Below the pieces are notes generated by a model. The model was not told the DNA's origin. It saw only the letters and a list, made by a program, of their open reading frames with translations, and ran no database searches. 35,303 nt of DNA, from the NCBI GenBank assembly GCA_030533125.1, contig JAUNJS010000001.1, positions 1 through 35,303 on the forward strand, read 5' to 3'. Positions 25,356 through 33,164 of the stretch are shown one piece after another (position 1 is the first letter of the stretch; each line of letters opens with the position of its first letter). A program made the translations under genes and the position numbers. The DNA is from Eubacteriales bacterium. Its GTDB lineage: Bacteria > Bacillota > Clostridia > Lachnospirales > Lachnospiraceae.

Positions 25356-26468
25356 TTATTCCTGATCCTGTTCTGTTATGTGTCTGACGATCCGCTCCAT
25401 ATCATCCTCCCCGTAGCGCTGGTCAACGGGGATACAGAGGATATGGCTGTAGATTTCCTCCGCCGCTCCGCACACCGGAGGCAGCGTTTCGGGCCTCGGC
25501 CACACCACCGGCGCGTAGATCCGGTGCTCCCGCAGGGAGGACTGCAGGGCCGCCCTGTCCTTCACCCACAGCGGACAGTACAGAGGAACATCCCTGTCCG
25601 TCAGCGCGCCGGTGATCGGCCTGATCCAGGGGAGACCGCGCACGCCCTCGTAAATCACCCGGTAGTTTGCCCTCCGCCTTTTGATCAGGGCGGTTCTGTC
25701 CAGCGCGCGGAAAGCCCGCTCCGAGACCGGGCTGATCCGGTATACTCCATTTTCGGAATCCAGGATGTTCTCCGCCTCCGCGAACAGATCCAGCATGGCC
25801 TGCTTTTCGCCGCGCGCGTGAAAGATGTATTCATATTTGGCGGCGCTCGCCCGGATTGCCGCGGCCGTCAGCGCTTCGTCATAGACATCCGGTTTCTCCG
25901 GGAAAAGGCCCTCCCGGCAGAACACGTATCCTCCGTCCGGCATTCCCGCCCATTTCCGCAGGCTTCCGACGATATAGTCCGCCGGGAGCGCCGGCCAGCC
26001 GCTGAACAGAGACTGGGTCCGGTCCTCGAGGAAGACGACGCCTTTTCCCCGAAGGCTTTCCACCACCCCGCCGCAGCCCGCAAGTGTCTCAAAGCCGAAG
26101 TACCGGTGCAGGAGCACGACATCCGCGCCTGACACCTCGACCGCGTCGCGGAGCGCCTCCGGGGCTGTGCGCAGACTGTCGTCAACCGGACAGGGAAAGA
26201 TTTCGTAGCCGCGGGCCAGAAAAGGTTCGACGACGGTGTGACACGTGAACGGGGGAAGCAGGGCTCTCCTGCCGGCCGCGGGATTTCTCCTGCGTATTTC
26301 GTCGAGCGCCATTCCCTGTGCCGCGCGTCCGGTCGAAAGAAAGACTTCATCCGAACCGGAAATCCCGAATCCGGAGAGCGTCAGCGGAGAGCCGTTCCCC
26401 TCACCCGTTCCCGCCCTGATCCCGACGGCGGGATCCATCCAGAAGCTGCTTCCGATTTCAGGCATCAT
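25356..26468 (-). CDS. Divergent DegT-like PLP-dependent enzyme
   Basis: EIGSSF, STGRAA, LPPFTCHTVVEPF, HRYFGF, EDRTQS, GSLRKW..MPDGG, RRRANY and IPVDQRY. GGAGG RBS before ATG 26468. Confidence 0.7.
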   Translation of the reverse strand: MMPEIGSSFWMDPAVGIRAGTGEGNGSPLTLSGFGISGSDEVFLSTGRAAQGMALDEIRRRNPAAGRRALLPPFTCHTVVEPFLARGYEIFPCPVDDSLRTAPEALRDAVEVSGADVVLLHRYFGFETLAGCGGVVESLRGKGVVFLEDRTQSLFSGWPALPADYIVGSLRKWAGMPDGGYVFCREGLFPEKPDVYDEALTAAAIRASAAKYEYIFHARGEKQAMLDLFAEAENILDSENGVYRISPVSERAFRALDRTALIKRRRANYRVIYEGVRGLPWIRPITGALTDRDVPLYCPLWVKDRAALQSSLREHRIYAPVVWPRPETLPPVCGAAEEIYSHILCIPVDQRYGEDDMERIVRHITEQDQE

Positions 26469-26488
26469 TTTCCCGGTCCTCCGGACGT

Positions 26489-27790
26489 TCACAGAAAACA
26501 TCTGTGAATGATCTCAATAATGCGGTCCTGCTGCTCCGGCGTCATCTTGTTGTCGCTCGGCAGGCACAGGCCCCTGTGGAAGATATCCGCTCCCACGTCA
26601 AAGGCGGGATCCATGCAGAAGCGCGTGCTCCCGCTCTCGCGGGCGAGGCCTTCCCTTGTCACAAAAGCATTTGTCCTGTAAATCGGCTGCAGATGCATGG
26701 GTTTCCAGATCGGGCGTCCCTCCACGTTGTTCGCCGCGAGCGCCTCCAGAATCTCTGTCGGGCAGGTCTTCCCGCTTTCCGGGCTGTACTGCGCGATTTT
26801 GTCTCCGCGGCTCTGTCCGCACATGGCGTCCTCGTCGATGATCATGCAGCTGAGCCAGTAATTGGGCAGGGATTTCTCCCGGTCAAACGGGTTCATCCGG
26901 ACCGGAAGATCCTTCAGGCCCTCCTGATATCTCTCGTAGATCGCTTTTTTCTGGGCGATGTGCTCCGAAATATAGGGTAACTGTCCGCGCACGACGCCCG
27001 CGATCACATTGCTCATGCGGTAATTGTACCCGATTTCCTCGTGCTGGTACCAAGCAGCATCTTCCCGAGACTGCGTGCTCCATTTGCGGACCTTGTCCGC
27101 GTCGTCCAGAGAGTCGGTCAAAAACATTCCCCCGGAACTGCCCGTGATAATCTTGTTTCCGTTGAAGGAGATGCAGTTAAAATCGCCCAGAGAACCCGTT
27201 TCTCTCCACTCTCCGCAGTCCAGATACTTCGCGCCGAGGCTCTCCGCGGCGTCCTCCACAATCAGCGCACCTTGGCGCTCGCAGATCTCCCTGATCTCCC
27301 TGATCTTTCCGGGAGTCCCGTACAGGTGCGCGAGCACCACCAGCTTCGCGTCCGGGTAGAGCGCGAACGCCTGCTCCAGTGCCGCGGGATCCATATTCCA
27401 GGTATCCCGCTCCGTATCGATAAAAACGGCCTCCCCGTCCTCATACGCGATCGGATTGATGGACGCGTCAAAAGTCAGATCGCTGGCAAGAACAACCTTT
27501 CCGCGCAGCGTCCCGTCATTCACTTTCGCCCTTCCGTATATTTTTTCGCCGGCGAGCCTTGTCGCGAGGTGGAGCGCGGCCGTCCCCGAACTGAGAGCAA
27601 CCGCGTATTTCACACCGATGTACTCCGCCATCTGCGCTTCCACCTCGTTGAGGTTTCTGCCCACAGTGCTCATCCAGTTTGTCTCAAAGGCCTCCATCAT
27701 ATAGCGGGCTTCCTCCCCGTGCATGGTAGGGCTGCTGAGATAAATGCGGCTCTCAAAAGGCTTTTTGTCAGGATTGTTCTTGTATGCCAT
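26489..27790 (-). CDS. DegT-family aminotransferase, PglE/EpsN-like
   Basis: IYLSSPTM, SSGTAALHLA, EDAAESLGA, SFNGNKIIT, GYNYRMSN, RPIWKPMHLQP and GLCLPS. GGGAG RBS before ATG 27790. Confidence 0.92.
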   Translation of the reverse strand: MAYKNNPDKKPFESRIYLSSPTMHGEEARYMMEAFETNWMSTVGRNLNEVEAQMAEYIGVKYAVALSSGTAALHLATRLAGEKIYGRAKVNDGTLRGKVVLASDLTFDASINPIAYEDGEAVFIDTERDTWNMDPAALEQAFALYPDAKLVVLAHLYGTPGKIREIREICERQGALIVEDAAESLGAKYLDCGEWRETGSLGDFNCISFNGNKIITGSSGGMFLTDSLDDADKVRKWSTQSREDAAWYQHEEIGYNYRMSNVIAGVVRGQLPYISEHIAQKKAIYERYQEGLKDLPVRMNPFDREKSLPNYWLSCMIIDEDAMCGQSRGDKIAQYSPESGKTCPTEILEALAANNVEGRPIWKPMHLQPIYRTNAFVTREGLARESGSTRFCMDPAFDVGADIFHRGLCLPSDNKMTPEQQDRIIEIIHRCFL

Positions 27791-27886
27791 AATGTCGCTC
27801 CCGGTTTCTCGTCCGGCAGCCCGGATCCCAAGGCTGCCCATACATGAATGACTGCTCCCCGTCTTATTGAATCACAAAAATGCCGG

Positions 27887-30037
27887 TCAGGGCTTTCCAT
27901 CTTCCCCGTCTCCGCGGTCTTCTTCTGTGTCCTGTTCCGTCTCCTGCCGGTCTGCCAGCAGGCTGTCGTAAACCGTATCCTTCTTCGCGCCTTTTCCGGC
28001 GTTCGCGGGATGATAGGTGGAAACTGTCTGCTCGACCAGACTGATGATCTTCTCTTCCTGATTGGCGTAGGAGACTCTCATCAGGTTGTCCAGCTGCCGC
28101 AGAAACACATTGACCTCAAAAGGAATCGGGCAACCGATGTGAATCAGGGCGTTCTCGGTTTTTTTCAGCCCTTCCTCCGCCATCAGCTTCTCCTCATAGA
28201 GCTTTTCGCCCGGGCGAAGGCCGGTGTATTCGATCCGGATATCCACATCCGGCTTGTAACCGGACAGGCGGATCAGGTTCCTCGCGAGGGTATCGATCTT
28301 CACGGGGCTCCCCATATCGAGGACGAAGATCTCTCCGCCCTTCGCGTAGGTCCCCGCAAGCATGACGAGACTGACCGCCTCCGGAATTGTCATGAAATAG
28401 CGGATGATATCAGGGTGCGTGACCGTTACAGGACCGCCCTTCTCGATCTGCTTTTTAAAAATAGGAATCACTGAACCGTTGCTTCCCAGAACATTTCCGA
28501 ACCGGACAGCAACAAATTCAGTGCGGATGTCGCGGAAGATCCTGCCTGTCCCGTCCCGGTCGGCATTCTCCACGCCCTCATGTGTAAACAGCTGAGGAAT
28601 CTCCGAGGCCCTTCCCTCCTTGATTTTCTGATCGAAGCTCTGGATGATCATCTCGCAAAGGCGCTTGCTGGCTCCCATGATGTTCGTGGGATTGACCGCC
28701 TTGTCCGTGGAGATGAGCACGAACCGCTCGCAGCCGTGGACCATGGCCGCGTACGCCGTCTTATACGTCCCGATCGCATTGTTCTTGATCGCCTCGCAGG
28801 GGCTGTCCTCCATCAGGGGAACATGCTTGTGCGCGGCGGCGTGATAGACAATCTGCGGACGGTATTTTTTGAAAATCTCGAAGACGCGCCGGCTGTCCCG
28901 GACAGATCCGATGAGCGTCTCCAGCCGGAGATCAGGATATTTCTCCCGCAGCTCCAGCTGAATATCGTACGCGTTGTTCTCATAGATGTCAAAAATAATC
29001 AGAAGGCTCGGGGAATGCGCGGCGATCTGCCGGCAGAGCTCGCTCCCGATGGAACCTCCCCCGCCGGTGACCATGACGCTCTTGCCGTGGATGAAGCTGA
29101 ACACCTCCTGCATATCCGCCCGGACAGGATCCCTGCCGAGGAGATCCTCCACAGAGACGTCCCGCATAGCGGAAACAGTGAGCTGGCCGGAAATGAACTG
29201 GTACATGCCAGGGAGGTTCTTCAGCTCGCACCCCGTCTCCTGGCAGATCGCCAGAATGTCGCGGCGCTCCGCCGCGGTCGCGCCGGGAATGGCCAGGTAG
29301 ATCTTGTCCACATGATATTTCTCCGCCATCTCCAGGATAGAATCACGGCCGCCGACAATCGGAATTCCGTCTATAAACCGGTGCCATTTATTCGGCTCAT
29401 CGTCAATAATACAGACGACCCGCTCCCCGAAATCATGCGATTTGTTGATGTCCCGCAGGATCATGTTTCCGGCGGCGCCCGCGCCGATCAGCATGACGTT
29501 TTTGACCGGAGGTCCCTGTTCCGCCCGTTTATTCAGGCCGAGCAGGAGCAGGAGCCGGTACGAAAACCTGACTCCGAGGATCAGAATCAGCTGGAACACT
29601 GCTCCCATCGCGTAATAGGATACGGGCATCCGCCTGTAGAAAACCGTAATACCGATAATATGAACCAGCGACGTGAGAATCGCCGCGGCAACCACGCGCA
29701 CAAGCTCGGAATAACTGGCAAATCTCCACACGCTGTTATACAGCCGGAGCCGCCAGAAGATCAGAATGCACAGAAGTGTGTAGATCAGTGTGAAATGAAT
29801 CCAGGCCTGCAGAAACCGGTCCGGAATCACTGAGAAACGGCAGTCGAACCGGAACCAGAGCGCAAGAAAATACGCTGCATTGACTGCAACGATATCATAT
29901 AGAACCAGGATCAGACTGATGACCTGCCAGTGAAGAATGCGTCTTCCTGTTGTATTGACTTGATCTGATTTATTGTCCATGTCCATGAAAATCCATTTTT
30001 CCAGGTTGTTCCGCCTGTCGGATCCGGGCGGAATCAT
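27887..30037 (-). CDS. Membrane-anchored UDP-GlcNAc 4,6-dehydratase (PglF/CapD/EpsC-like)
   Basis: Four N-terminal TMs, IGAGAAG, VEDLLGRD, TGGGGSIGSE, HAAAHKHVPLME, STDKAVNP, VRFGNVLGSNGSV and GLRPGEKLYEE. The exact start is uncertain. Confidence 0.95.
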   Translation of the reverse strand: MIPPGSDRRNNLEKWIFMDMDNKSDQVNTTGRRILHWQVISLILVLYDIVAVNAAYFLALWFRFDCRFSVIPDRFLQAWIHFTLIYTLLCILIFWRLRLYNSVWRFASYSELVRVVAAAILTSLVHIIGITVFYRRMPVSYYAMGAVFQLILILGVRFSYRLLLLLGLNKRAEQGPPVKNVMLIGAGAAGNMILRDINKSHDFGERVVCIIDDEPNKWHRFIDGIPIVGGRDSILEMAEKYHVDKIYLAIPGATAAERRDILAICQETGCELKNLPGMYQFISGQLTVSAMRDVSVEDLLGRDPVRADMQEVFSFIHGKSVMVTGGGGSIGSELCRQIAAHSPSLLIIFDIYENNAYDIQLELREKYPDLRLETLIGSVRDSRRVFEIFKKYRPQIVYHAAAHKHVPLMEDSPCEAIKNNAIGTYKTAYAAMVHGCERFVLISTDKAVNPTNIMGASKRLCEMIIQSFDQKIKEGRASEIPQLFTHEGVENADRDGTGRIFRDIRTEFVAVRFGNVLGSNGSVIPIFKKQIEKGGPVTVTHPDIIRYFMTIPEAVSLVMLAGTYAKGGEIFVLDMGSPVKIDTLARNLIRLSGYKPDVDIRIEYTGLRPGEKLYEEKLMAEEGLKKTENALIHIGCPIPFEVNVFLRQLDNLMRVSYANQEEKIISLVEQTVSTYHPANAGKGAKKDTVYDSLLADRQETEQDTEEDRGDGEDGKP

Positions 30038-30067
30038 CGCCCCTTCCTAACTATCAAACGCAAGAAA

Positions 30068-30096
30068 ATTAAACCACGTTCTACTGTTTTTGTCAA
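30068..30096 (-). promoter_or_regulatory. Sigma-70/sigma-A promoter for the long minus-strand operon
   Basis: Minus strand TTGACA (30096-30091), 17 nt spacer ending TGG, TTTAAT (30073-30068). This is a perfect -35 plus an extended -10. Confidence 0.7.
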
Positions 30097-30097
30097 T

Positions 30098-30126
30098 TTG
30101 ACTTTGTTTCTTTATTCAGATAGAAT
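30098..30126 (+). promoter_or_regulatory. Sigma-70/sigma-A promoter for the ligase-like gene
   Basis: TTGACT (30098-30103), 17 nt spacer, TAGAAT (30121-30126). Confidence 0.7.
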
Positions 30127-30199
30127 TGAAACACTACCTCTCACGGGATATTTTATACGGTGCGATTGCTCTACGATTGATCAGGGAAAGGGTACTTCA

Positions 30200-31924
30200 A
30201 TGGCTCAACGTTTCTTTCAATCTTCTGAAACCGGCTTCCTCTCCGCATCCCGCTTTTCTTCAAATCCGCCCGGACCGTCCGGCCGTCCGGTGCCCCTCCG
30301 GGACAGTATTTCCCGGTCTCCCGCCGTCCGGCTGCTGGATTTCGTCATTATCATCTATCTTTATCTCTGTATTCTCTGGCACACAGGGATTATTCTCCAG
30401 CCCGTGAACACACTGATTACGAAGCCTCCCGTATACAATCTGCAGACACACCTTCTTACGGCGGGAATCGTCCTGGTTCTGGCCGACTGGATCCTTGCCC
30501 GCTCCCTGCGCAGAGGCCCCGGTCTTCTTCTTCTCTACGGGATCTGCGCGTCCGCCGCCGTCTCTTCCTTCCTCCTGCGAAGCTACGGAGTCCAGAAGAA
30601 CCGCACCAGCATTCTCTGGATGGTGGTCGCTGTCACCCTGTTCTACAGCTCTGTATTCCGGATGAAAAAAAAGCTGCTGTCGCGCAGCCTGAAAGTTCTG
30701 TTCGGCACGCTCCTGACCGTGTGGTTCATCGCGTGCTGTCTCTCTCTCTACCAGTTTGTGATGCGCATCGGAGTCTACGGACCGAATTATGCCTCTTCCC
30801 CCTGGCTGGGCGGCAACGGCTTTACCGGCCGCAGACTGATCGGTGTTTTCGCTTTCCCTGAGTACGGCGCCATTCCCGGCGTGATGCTCCTCGTCGGGAG
30901 CGTCTATTATATTCTTACCCTGCGCAGCAGACTGTTGAAGGTCCTGCTTGTGCTGATGTCTTTACCTCTTTTCTGGTACATCGTCCTGAGCGGCTCAAGA
31001 AACGCTGCCGCCGCCATCTACGAAACCGTCTTTGTCGGATTTTTCCTATATATACTGAAGCGTTTCCGGAGGTTTTCTCCCGTAAGTCTCCTCGCCTCCC
31101 TCTGCGCCGCGCTGGCCGTTCTTCTATTGTTCCACGGACTGTTTACGGGAACGATGGAAGCGGCAAAAAAAGTGCCGCGCATGGATACAAAAAATACGTT
31201 CTCCGGTTCTGTTCTCAAATCCGGTGCCGTCAGCCTTGCGGATGCAGGGCAGGTCCTCAAGTCCGGTTCCGCCAGCCTTGCGGATGCAGGGCGTTTCCCT
31301 CTTCGGAAACCGACCGCAGGCGTCCCGGACGGTGCCATGGCCTCCTCTTCTGAGGAAACCGGTACAAACCCGGAGAAGAAAAGCGACGGGAAAACGAAAG
31401 AGAAAAAAAACCAGCTGCTTGAGCGCAAATACAGCGACGGGGATCTCTCAACCGGAAGACTGACCATCTGGAAGGACTATCTGAGTCTGTCCGGAGAAAT
31501 CGGCCTGTTCGGCCTCTCTCCGGAAAATGCCTCGAAATACATTCAGGAGCACAATCCTGATCTCCGTATCGCCACATATATAAAAGAGAATTACCCGGAA
31601 AGCTATGCCGCCGGATATGTATTCCACACACACAGCGGATATTTCAGGGTGTTTGTCTCAGCCGGATTTCTCGGCTTCGGCCTGCTCACGCTCTTTTACA
31701 TATTGTGCGCAGTCAGCGCCGCGCGCTGCGCCGCACGCCCGGGCAAAATCTCCTTCGCGTTTCTGTTTCCGCTGCTGATCGCTCTGGCCGGCGCTTCCTC
31801 TGCCCTGTTTGACAATGAAATCTACTTTAACCAGAATCCGACTTCCTTCCTTTTCTGGATCTGCCTGAGCATCATGCTCCGGTCCGCCGTCAGAACACAT
31901 ACTTCCGCTGCACATAATAGCTGA
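30200..31924 (+). CDS. O-antigen ligase (WaaL/Wzy_C) family membrane protein
   Basis: Multi-TM protein with RLIGVF, LSGSRNA, STGRLTIW and HTHSGY. ATG 30200 follows AAAGGG. The track's TTG start at 30098 coincides with the -35 box. Confidence 0.78.
   Translation: MAQRFFQSSETGFLSASRFSSNPPGPSGRPVPLRDSISRSPAVRLLDFVIIIYLYLCILWHTGIILQPVNTLITKPPVYNLQTHLLTAGIVLVLADWILARSLRRGPGLLLLYGICASAAVSSFLLRSYGVQKNRTSILWMVVAVTLFYSSVFRMKKKLLSRSLKVLFGTLLTVWFIACCLSLYQFVMRIGVYGPNYASSPWLGGNGFTGRRLIGVFAFPEYGAIPGVMLLVGSVYYILTLRSRLLKVLLVLMSLPLFWYIVLSGSRNAAAAIYETVFVGFFLYILKRFRRFSPVSLLASLCAALAVLLLFHGLFTGTMEAAKKVPRMDTKNTFSGSVLKSGAVSLADAGQVLKSGSASLADAGRFPLRKPTAGVPDGAMASSSEETGTNPEKKSDGKTKEKKNQLLERKYSDGDLSTGRLTIWKDYLSLSGEIGLFGLSPENASKYIQEHNPDLRIATYIKENYPESYAAGYVFHTHSGYFRVFVSAGFLGFGLLTLFYILCAVSAARCAARPGKISFAFLFPLLIALAGASSALFDNEIYFNQNPTSFLFWICLSIMLRSAVRTHTSAAHNS
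31211..31292 (+). repeat. In-frame 42-bp-period tandem duplication
   Basis: 31211-31250 vs 31253-31292 match at 36/40 positions and encode VLKSGAVSLADAG / VLKSGSASLADAG. Confidence 0.9.
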
Positions 31925-33143
31925 TCAGGAACAGGACGGTGTCCACCACAGCCTTGACCGCGACCTCGGGGACGGACGGAAGCAGGCCGGTGCCGCCGGT
32001 CACCAAGACCGCGCTCAGGGTCATCTGGATGACAGCGAGGAGAATATAGCGGGCCGCGCTCGCGCCCACGTTCTCCCTGCTGCGGAAGACGACCTTGTAA
32101 TTCATGGAAAAATTGTAAGTCGCGGAGAGAACCCGCGCCAGGACAGTCGCGGCGGCGACGTAAGGGACGCCGCGCAGTGCTTCTATGCCCCCCGTGCCGC
32201 CTCCTTTGAGCAGTCTGCAGAAAAGGGCAAATAAAACCAGGTCGAGAACACTCGAGGAGAGAGATGTAAACAGATATTTTATGAATTTCGCGCCCAGAAT
32301 CCGGTAGATCCGGATCGAGTCCTTCAAGGGATGAAAATGTGTCTGGTGGTTTTCCTTCGAGTCATAGATCGTGCGGATCGGCACCTCCCGGATCTCGACC
32401 GGGGGCTGCAACTTCGTCGTCGCGAGAAGCATCTGGGTCTCGAATTCAAACCTCTCGCCGGGTGTGTCGAGGAGCTCGCGCATAAAACGGCGCGGGATAC
32501 CGCGCAGTCCGGTCTGGGTGTCTGTGACGCGGACGCCGGAAACATAACCCAGGACCTTCATGGTCAGCTTGTTGCCGACGGCACTTTTCCATGGCACATT
32601 CTCTCCGTCAAAGGTCCGGACTCCCAGGACCAGGGCTTCCGGCTCCTCCCGCAGTTTCTCCATGACGGACCGGATGCAGCCGGTATCATGCTGTCCGTCG
32701 GAATCGGCCGTGACCGCCCCGACCGCATCCGGCTCGTGCTCCAGGACATACGCGAATGCCGTCTTCAGAGCGCGTCCCTTGCCGCGGTTCACTTCGTGCG
32801 TAAGCACCGCGCCGCCCAGCCGCGCGATCTTTTCTCCCGCCTCCCGGAAAATCTCCCGATAGGCATCTCCGCTCCCGTCATCCACAAGAACCACGTCCCG
32901 GATTCCCTGTTCCTGAAAACTGTCCAGCAGCTGCAGAAGCCGCTCATCCGGTTCGTAGGCAGGAATGATAACAGGAATCGAGGTGCGCGGGCCGGATTCC
33001 GCAGCCTTCTCCGGGACTTTGAAATCCGTTTCCCCGAATTCTTGTTCCCTGAACTCTTTTTCTTTTAAATCTTTATCGTTCAATTTATATTCTTCGGTCT
33101 GCATTTCCACTGTTCCAAAATCCCTGCATATTCTATGTTTCAC
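31890..33143 (-). CDS. Bifunctional GT2 glycosyltransferase / GtrA-family fusion
   Basis: VIIPAYEP, VDDGS, NRGKGRALK, TADSDGQH, DTQTGLR and SHFHP-like THFHPLKDS, then a four-TM GtrA-like tail ending QRKYVF. The start is uncertain (33143 or 33104). Confidence 0.9.
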   Translation of the reverse strand: MKHRICRDFGTVEMQTEEYKLNDKDLKEKEFREQEFGETDFKVPEKAAESGPRTSIPVIIPAYEPDERLLQLLDSFQEQGIRDVVLVDDGSGDAYREIFREAGEKIARLGGAVLTHEVNRGKGRALKTAFAYVLEHEPDAVGAVTADSDGQHDTGCIRSVMEKLREEPEALVLGVRTFDGENVPWKSAVGNKLTMKVLGYVSGVRVTDTQTGLRGIPRRFMRELLDTPGERFEFETQMLLATTKLQPPVEIREVPIRTIYDSKENHQTHFHPLKDSIRIYRILGAKFIKYLFTSLSSSVLDLVLFALFCRLLKGGGTGGIEALRGVPYVAAATVLARVLSATYNFSMNYKVVFRSRENVGASAARYILLAVIQMTLSAVLVTGGTGLLPSVPEVAVKAVVDTVLFLISYYVQRKYVF

Positions 33144-33164
33144 AGCTTCATGTAAAGTCCTTTT

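Noticed and set aside
30098-30199. TTG start at 30098 for the ligase-like ORF
   Set aside because: The TTG is part of the -35 box, and ATG 30200 has an RBS downstream of the promoter.
33020-33085. 5-aa periodicity (KEKEF-REQEF-GETDF) at the GT2 N-terminus
   Set aside because: A degenerate low-complexity extension with no supportable function.
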